The position numbers and the translations under genes are program-made. Positions 24,290 through 35,200 of a stretch of 64,000 nt of DNA are shown here, piece after piece; positions within the stretch are counted from its first letter, which is position 1, and the number at the start of each line of letters is the position of its first letter. This DNA comes from Vicugna vicugna (lineage: Eukaryota): assembly GCA_013265495.1 (NCBI GenBank), contig MU057880.1, positions 1,580,527 through 1,644,526 on the forward strand. Direction: 5' to 3'. The notes beneath the pieces are model-generated. The model did not search any database, had not been told where the DNA came from, and worked only from the letters and a program-made list of their open reading frames with translations.

Positions 24290-25560
24290 CAATTCACTCA
24301 TGATTTTCTCTCCAAAGTTTATCGATCATTTACTATGTGTTGGGCCATGTGCTGGATGCTGGGAACCCATGGTGAACAGGGTCTATTGCCTAGCCTTGTG
24401 ACTCCCACTCTAGTGGAAAAGCTGAGCACTAAGGCTACATTGACATCAACAAAAAAGTATAAAATTACAACTGAGTGGTAAATTCAAAATGAGAAAAACA
24501 CAGGTGCTGTGAGAAGATAGGCAGACAGCACCTGACCTGCGGAGTCATGGAGCACTTCCCTAAGGAAGGATGCTGCAGGTGATGTGCAAAGTCCACCAGG
24601 AGATGCTCTTTCCCTTCCAGTCCCAGGCATTTAGGGATCTCCCAGTTCCGGTGCAGACATGGCCAAGTTACAGAACCACACCATGCACAACCAGTCCCAA
24701 AAATGGCACAGAAACGGAATCCAAAACCCTCGATCACAACAAGACAAATCTTTTGAGGGGGTGGACCCCAAGTTCCCGAGGAACGCGCACTTTGCCAAGA
24801 AGCACAACAAGGAGGGCCTGAAGAGGATGCAGGCCAACAACGCCAAGGTCACGGGTGCACGTCCCAAGGCCGTCAAGGCTCTCGTGAAGCCCAAGGAGGT
24901 CAAGTCCAAGGTCCCAAGGGCAGCAGCTGCGAGCTCAGTCAACTCGCCCGCCCTGCTCACCCCAAGCTCGGGAAATGTGCTTGTGCCCATGTCGCCAAGG
25001 GGCTCAGGCTCTGTCGGCCAAAGGCCGAGGCCAAGACTCAGACCAAGGCTGCAGCTTCAGCTGCAGCTCTGGTGCAGGCTCAGGCTCCCAAAGGTGCCCA
25101 GGCCCCACAGAAGCTCCAGAGTAGAGGCCTTCATCTACTGAGGTGAGGACAGAAGGACTGGTGTGACCCCTGGGCTGCTGTCTGCATGGGGCTCATGTCC
25201 ACCTGTGCTGTTTGTACAAATGAACCTGAGGCAGGATCTGTCAGTCAAAAGAAAAAAAAAAGTCAACCAGGAGAAAATGCAAGACAATTGCGGGGGGGGG
25301 GATGAAATTTTGAAAGATGGAGCAACATGTGCAATTGATAGACCTTCAGTTTCAGGAAATTAGGAGGGAAAAAGGGCAACTGAGCCAAAGTTTGTTGAGA
25401 GTTAAGCAAACATGATGCATAGTGAGATCTGGACACATGGGGGGAAGGTGCCATGCAGGTTATTGAGGCTGCACTGAAAATATCAGTCTTTAATGGAGGA
25501 GCAGCTGGGAGCCATAGAAAGTTTTATGGGTGCGCACAGGGAACAGAGATCTTGAAAAAG
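24290..25560 (-). mobile_element. L2 remnant hosting the RPL29 retrocopy
   Basis: attcactca...tactatgtgttgggccatgtgctggatgctgggaa is an L2 3' end, and the element continues after the pseudogene. Confidence 0.65.
24604..25258 (+). pseudogene. RPL29: Processed (retrotransposed) pseudogene of 60S ribosomal protein L29
   Basis: ORF 24659 [51 protein letters not shown] is RPL29-like. Intronless, with 5'TOP-like ctctttcccttcc and an A-tail. 16-bp TSD aaagtccaccaggaga (24588-24603) / aaagtcaaccaggaga (25259-25274). 1-bp deletion at ~24916; ancestral stop TAG at 25122-25124; poly(A) signal decayed to aatgaa. Confidence 0.97.
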
Positions 25561-25571
25561 TCTTCTACTTT

Positions 25572-25698
25572 AGTTTGTTTGTTTTGGGGGCAGGAAGTAA
25601 TTAGGTTTGTCTACTTATTATTTAATGGAGGCACTGCGGATTGAACCCAGGACCTCATGCACACCAAGCACCCTCTCTACCACTAAGGCACACCCTCC
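25572..25698 (-). mobile_element. vic-1-type SINE
   Basis: gtaattaggtttg...ggaggcactgcggattgaacccaggacctc...caccctcc. Confidence 0.85.
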
Positions 25699-25954
25699 TT
25701 CTCCTTACTTTTCTTTTTCACCTCGATGGTGTCAGTGATGGTTTTCAGAGGAGCATTAAGACTGTCTGCAGGCAGTAACTCTGGCCTAGGTGGAGGTGAC
25801 TGGCCATTCAAGAATAGGTTTAGGAGTATGGTATGTTTTTTCAGAATTATTTGCAAGTTTTTCTTAACAGGAATAAAATCTTATTTAAATAATTTTTTGT
25901 TTAGTGGAAGGGAGAAATGTGTTAAGCAAAGGGATATAGCTGCACAGCCAAATC

Positions 25955-26054
25955 ATTATTTATTTTATTTTTATTTATTTAATGGAGGTACTGGGGATTG
26001 AACCTCGTGCATGCTAAGCATGCACTCCACCACTGAGCCATACCCTCACCCCCC
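25955..26054 (-). mobile_element. vic-1-type SINE
   Basis: aatggaggtactggggattgaacc...ccactgagccataccctc. Confidence 0.87.
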
Positions 26055-26057
26055 AAT

Positions 26058-26186
26058 ATTTTATTTTATTTTATTCTTTAAATTAAATTTAATTTAAAAA
26101 TTTTTAATGCAGGCACTGGGGATTAAACCCAGGACCCCATGCATGCCAAGAACATGCTCTACCACTGAGCTACACCCACTCCCCCC
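26058..26186 (-). mobile_element. vic-1-type SINE
   Basis: gcactggggattaaacccaggacc...ctctaccactgagctacaccc. Confidence 0.87.
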
Positions 26187-27074
26187 ATGCAACTCCCTTC
26201 TGTTCAGTACTTTGCCCCTCTTTCTGCAGCCGCTGTACCTTCTGAGTCTCTGACCTCTGTCTTCATGCTCAGAGGGACCACAACCTTCATGGATGCTAAA
26301 TGTCGGCTGGAAGAATGTGGAAACTGCTTCAAGGAAAAGACAGGGTTTATGTGGACTTTGCCTTCTGCATTTTTCTTTTCTCAAGAATCATACTCTTAGA
26401 CATTTTCTTTATTTTTCCAATTCCTTCAGGCAGTTCTCTCTTGTTTTGTTCCATCTTAATAATTGTTTTTGACAAAAAAGTTATTCTATTACCATCTATT
26501 CTATATACCTAAATTATAGAAAGTCCTTTCTATGTAGGTATTTTAAAATGTACTGTGAGTAAATTTATTTATCTTTTCCTTTCAGATTTTTTGTTTTTTT
26601 TTAGAACAGTTAATCTAATTATGCAGTCACAAATACATTTTACTATTTTTTTCTTATAGGCTTTTAAAATCTTGATTTTGAATTTTACATCTATGATTGA
26701 CTTGGAATTGATTTTTGTATGTTTTTGATTTGGATATATACATTTTTTCTCACATAGACAAACAGGTTTTTGAGCAAACTATTTATTAGAAATGCACAGA
26801 ACTATTTATACATCTGCTTAAATATGCATAGGAAGTATTATATATTTAAGAGGGGTAATCTTTTTAAATATTCATTTAGATTACATTTGATGAGATGCTT
26901 ATAATGCCAGCCACTGTGCAGACTACAACAGAGAATACAATTGCATTTTGGGAATGAATTGTGCTAATTCAGAACACTCTAATTCTAAAGCAATGTATAC
27001 GACTGAGGTTCACCTCTTCAAAGACACTCTTAATTAATCAAAAAGTCACTTTGGCTGTAGTCACACAGTGCCTC

Positions 27075-28151
27075 TGTATTAATCAGAATTCTCCAGAGAA
27101 ACAGAATAGATATATCTCTATATCGCTATTGCTTCTATCTCAAAAGTGAGAGAGATTTAGCAAGGAATTGTTTCGTGTAGTTATGGAGATGGGCAAGTCT
27201 CAGGATCTACAATGCAAATTAGCAAGCTGGGGACCCAGGATAGCCAAAGGTTTAGTTCCAGTTCAAGTTCAAAGCCCTAAGACCCAGGCGAGCAGATGGT
27301 GTAGTTCCCATGTGAAGGCTGGCAGCTCAAGATCTAAGAAGAGCTGAAGTCTTAGTTTGATTCTGGAGGTAGTGAGACAGGAGGGCTGGGGCCAGGGCAG
27401 AACCACGGAATAAATGACACAACCGTTAGCACCAAGATGGTGGGAAGTTCAACTCCCAGCGGATCTTGAGCTTCAGTATCTTCTCAGTGAAAGACAAGAG
27501 CTGCTAAATGGTCCTCCCACAGGTGCCAAGGCAGCTGCAAGGCTGACCATCAAAGGTCAAAAAGTGGGCGATGGACCAGTTCCTGGGAATCCCCGCTCCT
27601 TCCCCAAAGTAGTTGGAATAACCCTCCCACTTGTCAGCATATGAAGTTACTGAGCCCATAAAAACTAACAGCCCCCCACCTCGAGGCTTTTCTCTTGATT
27701 TTTGAGATGAACTGCACTCTGTCTATGGAGTGTGTACCTCTTTGAATAAATCTACCTTTACTGTGGCTTGCTCTTGAATTCTTCTCTTGGCACAAAGCCA
27801 AGCACCCTCACTTGATGGGGCACATCCCAGAGACTCACCTGGGACCTGGGACATGGCCAACCTCTCTCACCCCATTTTCCTGTATCAGTAGCAGGAAAGC
27901 AAATGTCTCAGTTTACAGAGAGTCAGGCAGGAAAGAATTCTCTTATTCAGGGTGCAGGTCAGTCTCTTCATTCTACTGGATAAGTCCCACTCACATTAGG
28001 GAGGGAAATCTGCCTGACTCAGTCTATCAACTTAAATGTTAATCACACTGAAAACTACCTTGACAGAAACACCCAGAATACCATTTAACCAACTATCTGG
28101 GCACCCTGTGATCCAGTCAAGTTAAAAGATGACACAAAAGTAGTCATCTTA
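27075..28151 (-). mobile_element. MLT2-type (ERVL) LTR, interrupted by a younger LTR
   Basis: tgtattaatcagaattctccagagaaacagaa...ccagtcaagtt is the reverse of the MLT2 consensus. Confidence 0.88.
27373..27887 (+). mobile_element. Solo ERV1-type LTR, 515 bp, nested in MLT2
   Basis: tgagacagg...cctgtatca termini; 4-bp TSD gtag at 27369-27372 and 27888-27891; cataaaa TATA-like; aataaa ~27745. Confidence 0.9.
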
Positions 28152-28199
28152 ACTTCCAGGTGGAAGTGGACTCGTAAGCCACCCTTTGCAGGAAACTCC

Positions 28200-29046
28200 G
28201 TTTCTTGTCACTTTAGCAAAAACTATGTTATAATTAACCTCAAACCAGGCACCCCTGTGCCCCACTCATCTCTGGTCTCAACACACCTTTCAAATCACAC
28301 AGTACCTTGCCTAACTTGTTGGTCTTTCTGGACATCAAAGAAATGGAAATGGAAATGAAGTAATTAACAGATGACCAGATCTCTTCCCTAGTTTCCCCTT
28401 CGGGAGTCTCACAAACAACTGTGTGAACAAAAAAGCATGTTAAGAAAATTCACAGAGAATTGACAGTCCCTCCCGCAGTCCACAGTCTGGGGAGGGGAGG
28501 CAGCAGGGACGATTCCAAGCCTCTTATCTCGTTAATCAGCTAAGACTTCTTTCCTAGTCTCTCTCTCTTTTTTTAAATTAGTTCATCCAAGTTATTATTT
28601 ATTCTATTTTTTAGTTTTAGAGATTCATGTGACTTTTTTTCAGTTGAAGTACAGTCAGTTACAATGTGTCAATTTCTGGTGCACAGCACAATGTCCCAGT
28701 CATGCATATACGTACATATATTCATTTTCATATTCTTCTTTATTAAAGGTTATTACAAGATATTGAATATAGTTCCCTGTGCCATACAGTATGAATTTGT
28801 TGTTTATCTATTTTCATATATAGTGGTTAACGTTTGCAAATCTCAAACTCCCAAATTTATCCCCTATTCTCTCTAAAAACTTCCTTGGCTGAGCAGCATC
28901 TTCGAAGACGGTCCTTGGGGACATAAGCCCGCCATCTCTGCGGACTGCCCACATTCTGATTAAAAGCAGTTTTCCTTCCTGTTAGCACTGCCTCTTTAGC
29001 TTGTTGATTTAAAGAGTGGGAAGCGGTCTGCCAACGTTTGGTAACA
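28200..29046 (+). mobile_element. ERV1-type LTR (distantly related to 2392-2905), interrupted by L1
   Basis: gaagacggtccttggggacataagcccgccatct resembles 2761-2794; attaaa signal; ends ggtaaca. 5' end not resolved. Confidence 0.6.
28568..28870 (-). mobile_element. L1 3'UTR fragment
   Basis: gaagtacagtcagttacaatgtgtcaatttctggtgcacagc...atagttccctgtgc. Confidence 0.9.
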
Positions 29047-29129
29047 GAGCTTAACCACCAGTTACAGTAATTTGTTTCCTGTTCATGTTAATTTGTTGTA
29101 ATGAGCAGAAAAGAATCATTACATAAGAG

Positions 29130-30110
29130 CCATTCATTCATTTGGAGACATATTTTTAGCCCCAGTAAATCCCGAGCTTTGTGACAGACATTGGAAATTT
29201 ACAAAATGCATTGTGACATTGGAAAAGTACTCATGGGATGTGATTACATGTGACCAGGACAGGAAGACACTTGCAGGCAGAGGAAGTGGCCTGTCAGCAT
29301 CTCTCAGGCAGGCAAAGAATGTAATCTTTCAAGAAACAGAAAGAAAACCAATGCACCAAATCACAGTATAGAACAAAATAAAGATTTGAGTCTACATTTT
29401 GAGGAAAATGAGACGAGCTTTTCAGCAGAAGAGTAACAGATCCCATTTTCATTTTTGAAAATCATTCTATGTGGAAAGTAGATAAGATGGAGATAGAATC
29501 AGAATCAGAGGAAGGAAATACAGTTATAAAAAAAATCTAGACAACCACAGAGATAGAGAGAATGAAATGCATATACAAATAGGGGGAAAACTGATGACAC
29601 TTAACAATTGACTGGATTAGGGTAAGGGAAAGAAAGGTGTCAGGGAGGATTCTTGGACTTTGAATCTCAGGAATTGCTCAAAGAATTCTAAGGAATTGCC
29701 ATTTCCTGACATGTAGACCCTACAGGAGGAACAGGTAAGAATGAGTGAGATCATGAAAGTGGTGCAGGAGAAGGTTCCCGGTGGCAGTGAGATCCACGAG
29801 TAGGCTCCTTGGAGTGGGTGTAAATACATGACTCTGGTCCTCAGTAGAGTGGTTGGCTTTGTGCACAATGAGATGGGCGAGTCGTAGTCTACATTACGGG
29901 GATAAACGAGGTTACCTAGGAAGGAAGTGGAGAGTTTGCCCAGAAGGGGGAAATGATCGGAACTCTGAGAAGTGTAGACATGTAATTTCAGATTAAGTAG
30001 GATGAGCCGTGTAGGAGCTGAGAAGAAACAATCAGGTCGTAGGAAACCCACCTGAACGTGGAGCAAAAAAGGCAAAATGAAGAGAGTGTTCCGAGCAAGA
30101 TGGAAAAGTA
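29130..30110 (-). mobile_element. L2 remnant
   Basis: cattcattcattt...; purine-rich L2-type body. Boundaries approximate. Confidence 0.55.
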
Positions 30111-30611
30111 AGGGTGGTAATAATCATCGCAACAATGTCAGCGAAAATATTTCATTTACTGTATTCCAAGCCTGCTTTTGTGAACTTTACAGGTATTATC
30201 TTATTTAATCCTCCCCAAATCGTGTGAGATTAGTGTCACTATTGTCACGGCTTTACATATGGTGTGGCTGAGTTTCAAGAAATTAATCATCTTACCCAAA
30301 GATTAAGTAGGATGAGCCGTGTAGGAGCTGAGAAGAAACAATCAGGTAGTAGGAAACCCACCTGAACGTGGAGCAAAAATGGCAAAATGAAGAGAGTGTT
30401 CCGAGCAAGATGGAAAAATAAGGGTGGTAATAATCATCGCAACAATGTCAGCGAAAATATTTCATTTACTGTATTCCAAGCCTGCTTTTGTGAACTTTAC
30501 AGGTATTATCTTATTTAATCCTCCCCAAATCGTGTGAGATTAGTGTCACTGTTGTCACGGCTTTACATATGGTGTGGCTGAGTTTCAAGAAATTAATCAT
30601 CTTACCCAAAG
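29990..30611. repeat. 310-bp head-to-tail tandem duplication (L2 piece plus MIR piece)
   Basis: gattaagtaggatgagccg starts at 29991 and 30301; cttacccaaa ends at 30300 and 30610; 4 substitutions seen; 'ag' microhomology. Confidence 0.97.
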
Positions 30612-30779
30612 TCAGACAGGAAGCCTGGCTTTGCAAGTCTCAGATTTACGTCCTTAGCTCTGCTACCTTGCAAAGGTGAGAATGATTACCTTATGAAGGG
30701 GCTTTTCATTTGTTACTGACAAAAACAAAAATCTGAGAAAACAGACTTGTTTGAAAGTATATGTATTATGGTTTCAATT

Positions 30780-32290
30780 ATGGTGGTCTCTAGGAGCTTA
30801 AAAAATTCAAAACACTAGAAAGCAAAACCCAGAATTTAGTCCCTTTCTTAATTTCAGCTCCATCCCCCATGGGAGCAGGGTACACAAAGCAATAAGTAAG
30901 TTTGCAGAGATTGGCCTTTTTTATTGTAATGCCCAATATTAAGCTTTTGATTACTAAGACATTCACTTCAAGGACCCCAAAACTCATTGCCAGCTGCACC
31001 AGGGGATAAATAGCCAGGGGATGAACACCCACCCTGCAGCTCCCATATTTTGGGGATCTCTGTTTGACTCAGATAACTGACCATTTGACTACTTGTTTTC
31101 CCCTTTCCACACTTTAACTTCCCCTCTTATGTTTTAAATTCACCAATAAAGAATGAACTCGTGAAACCCTACCCTCTACTCTCCATCCCAATGAAAGCAG
31201 AACCCTAACCCTCTCTTTCTCTTGTTAACAAAAGGAGGGGGAAAAGCCCTCAGTTCTTGTCTTACCTGAGAGAAACAATTCAAAGACTGAAAGTGTTATT
31301 AGTAGAGCAAAAGTCAGTAAAGTATAGTACACCTTCAAGAACTAAAGGAAGGCCAACCCAAGAGAGGAAGATGGCGCCACTCCTTTGTACTGTCTTACCT
31401 GAGAGAAAGAATTCAAAGACTGAAAGTGTGAAGTAAACAGTCTTATTAGTAGAGCAAAAGTCAGTAAAGTATAGTACACCTTCAAGAACTAAAGGAAGGC
31501 CAACCCAAGAGAGGAAGATGGCGCCACTCCTTTGTTCTCCTGTCTTACATCCTGGCTTAGTTGGTTGACAGCTCACATCCTTTGAGTGCTCAGGCATGCT
31601 CATCTCTTTTGTACATGTTCTCACCCGTGATGCACAGGGGAAAGCCCATGGGTGGGGCCCAAACCACAGTGCTCATTACATTATAATGAGCATTGGGTGA
31701 AGTTGGGTCTTTCTCTCTACTGTGCAGTTGCAGCATCAGATTCTGACCAGCTTCTTTGCTGGCACTCATTTAGAGAATTTCAGCTCTTTGAAACCTCTTA
31801 TCCTGAGCGCAGGTGCACTGTTACCTTCTCTCTCCTTTGCTCTCCCCTTGCCCAAGCAGTTGCAGCATTCTGACCAGCTTCTTTGCTGGCACTCATTTAG
31901 AGAATTTCAGCTCTTTGAAACCTCTTATCCTGAGCGCAGGTGCACTGTTACCTTCTCTCTCCTTTGCTCTCCCCTTGCCCTGTGCCTAACACTCTTTTTT
32001 TCTCTCTCTCCCTGCATTCTGTGTGACACCAGGCATGCTGTGTGCCCTCCAGACTTTGTAAGTAATAACTCTTTTTTTTTCCCCCCAAAGTTCCCTGATG
32101 GTTGCTGATGTGGTGAGTCTTGCAGTCATGATGAGAAGCATGAGGGCTGTCCAGCACAAGGCTGGCTCCAAAGAGAAAAGTCCCTGGGGACTCCTGGTGG
32201 GGACAGGTGAGAACCGTCAGGCATTCCTAGCAGCTAGCATCACCCGCTGTGGATGGGCTGAAACGGGACAAGATGATCCCCCACTTCCTG
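30780..32290 (+). mobile_element. ERVL-type LTR (MER74/MER73-like), interrupted by an ERV1 LTR
   Basis: ccctccagactttgtaagtaataa...agttccctgatggttgctg...tcttgcagtcatgatgag matches the recalled MER74-type 3' region; 5' part ~30780-31222. Confidence 0.65.
31223..31991 (-). mobile_element. Solo ERV1-type LTR with two internal tandem duplications
   Basis: tgttaaca...gcctaaca termini; 4-bp TSD ctct at 31219-31222 and 31992-31995; reverse poly(A)-like signal (ttatt). Confidence 0.85.
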
Positions 32291-35200
32291 GCTTATAGCT
32301 GTCCTCCTAAAACCTCCCTTCACTGCCACCCTGATATATCCATTGTGTCTCAGAGGCTGGAGATCCCACCTAGTTGGCCCCATGGCCTCTTGGTCCTGAC
32401 TATTGAAAAAATCCTCCAGTGCCTTCTTTCAGGTGAGTACATGGGAAAGTTAATTTTCGGAGATTTTGCTTTCCAAAAATGTCTTGATTCTCATTTTACA
32501 CTTTAAGAATAGTTTGGTTGACAATGAAATTCAAGATTGAAAATAATTTTCCTTTGCTATTTTGAAGGCTTTGCTCTAGTATCTTACAGCTTCATGGATG
32601 CCTGTAGCCAATTTGCCGTTTGAATGTTGATTCTTTGCAAGTGAGCATGAGGCTTTTTTTTTTTCACTTAATTTCTGGAATTTAGTGAAACTTCTCTGGG
32701 CCTTCCCTGTGCTAAGGTTTCACATGATGTGCATCTGGAAGGTCTGTCTGTATCCACTATGCTGGGTACTCTGTTGGCCACGTCCGTCTGGAAGTTTCTC
32801 TCTCCATCACATGAAATTTTCTTGAATAATTTCTGATGATCTCCTTTTCCTTCAATTATTTTTGCCATTCCTCACTCACTTTAAACAAAACCCACCTTTT
32901 TTCCCTGAAAATATTTTGACCAAGGAAGCAACACAAAGTAGGTCATATGGTTTCTTTTTCATATAACTTTGAGATTCTTACACAGTGAAAGAGATGGATG
33001 ATGTTTGCTCTTATTACAAAATAAACAGACATTGCTACGACTCTCTGCCCTTCCTTGCCCTACAAAGGTAGGAATGGAGTAAGATATCAGTCAGAAACTC
33101 TGCAGGGTATTCCAAAAATAGCACTAACAAGATCCAGGAACAAATGATAAGACAGTTTGGAAAATAAGATAATCTTATTGTGAACTTATTGTCAATCCAT
33201 AGAGTCTGGGGGTCATACAAAAGGAACACTGGCTCTTAGCAAATGTCAAAATACAAAAACCAAACCAAAATATTCGTCATTTTAAATCAATTGTCTTAAC
33301 TGGATAGAATTACCAGGGTTATCTGTAAACTCACTCATTCACTCTACGGCCATTAGTTAAAGGAGACAGCTCATCTGGCACAATGGATAAAGTAATCTAT
33401 AACTTACCAGTAATTAAGCCAGATTGCCTCTTCAGAAAGTCCCGTATGGCTTTTGACTAGTAAGTTAAAGTAAGGAATTATGAATTCAGTCCTTCTTTTG
33501 ATTGAGTTAATTAGAGAAGAGATTCTCCAACTTCCTCTCCGTTTTGGGGTTTTGCTACACACGCACATAAACATTAGAATATGAGGTCGCTGGGTGGTGG
33601 TTACTCTGGTGGTCACCATCAAAAATGACTGAGGAATTCCAAAGATCCTGTCTTACATCCTGGCTTAGTTGGTTGACAGCTCACATCCTTTGAGTGCTCA
33701 GGCACGCTCATCTCTTTTGTACATGTTCTCACCCGTGATGCACACGGGAAAGCCCATGGGAGGGGCCCAAACCACAGTGCTCATTACATTATAATGAGCG
33801 CTGGGTGAAGTTGGGTCTTTCTCTCTACTGTGCAGTTGCAGCATCAGATTCTGACCAGCTTCTTTGCTGGCACTCATTTAGAGAATTTCAGCTCTTTGAA
33901 ACCTCTTATCCTGAGCGCAGGTGCACTGTTACCTTCTCTCTCCTTTGCTCTCCCCTTGCCCAGTGCCTAACACTCTTTTTTTCTCTCTCTCCCTGCATTC
34001 TGTGTGACACCAGGCATGCTGTGTGCCCTCCAGACTTTGTAAGTAATAAATCTTTTTTTTCCCCCCCAAAGTTCCCTGATGGTTGCTGCTGTGGTGAGTC
34101 TTGCAGTCATGATGAGAAGCATGAGGGCTGTCCAGCACAAGGCTGGCTCCAAAGAGAAAAGTCCCTGGGGACTCCTGGTGGGGACAGGTGAGAACCGTCA
34201 GGCATTCCTAGCAGCTAGCATCACCCGCTGTGGATGGGCTGAAACGGGACAAGATGATCCCCCACTTCCTGGCTTATAGCTGTCCTCCTAAAACCTCCCT
34301 TCACTGCCACCCTGATATATCCATTGTGTCTCAGAGGCTGGAGATCCCACCTAGTTGGCCCCATGGCCTCTTGGTCCTGACTATTGAAAAAATCCTTCAG
34401 TGCCTTCTTTCAGGTGAGTACATGGGAAAGTTAATTTTCGGAGATTTTGCTTTCCAAAAATGTCTTGATTCTCATTTTACACTTTAAGAATAGTTTGGTT
34501 GACAATGAAATTCAAGATTGAAAATAATTTTCCTTTGCTATTTTGAAGGCTTTGCTCTAGTATCTTACAGCTTCATGGATGCCTGTAGCCAATTTGCCGT
34601 TTGAATCTTGATTCTTTGCAAGTGAGCATGAGGCTTTTTTTTTTTCACTTAATTTCTGGAATTTAGTGAAACTTCTCTGGGCCTTCCCTGTGCTAAGGTT
34701 TCACATGATGTGCATCTGGAAGGTCTGTCTGTATCCACTATGCTGGGTTCTCTGTTGGCCACGTCCGTCTGGAAGTTTCTCTCTCCATCACATGAAATTT
34801 TCTTGAATAATTTCTGATGATCTCCTTTTCCTTCAATTATTTTTGCCATTCCTCACTCACTTTAAACAAAACCCACCTTTTTTCCCTGAAAATATTTTGA
34901 CCAAGGAAGCAACACAAAGTAGGTCATATGGTTTCTTTTTCATATAACTTTGAGATTCTTACACAGTGAAAGAGATGGATGATGTTTGCTCTTATTACAA
35001 AATAAACAGACATTGCTATGACTCTCTGCCCTTCCTTGCCCTACAAAGGTAGGAATGGAGTAAGGTATCAGTCAGAAACTCTGCAGGGTATTCCAAAAAT
35101 AGCACTAACAAGATCCAGGAACAAATGATAAGACAGTTTGGAAAATAAGATAATCTTATTGTGAACTTATTGTCAATCCATAGAGTCTGGGGGTCATACA

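Noticed and set aside
31201..31212. Interstitial telomeric repeat (aaccctaaccct)
   Set aside because: Only two units, inside an LTR.
31372..31379. tggcgcca as a tRNA-Lys primer-binding site
   Set aside because: It lies inside the LTR, not after its CA end, and does not extend to the 18-nt PBS.
31258..31982. CRISPR-like array
   Set aside because: Contiguous two-copy duplications without spacers in eukaryotic DNA; no cas genes.
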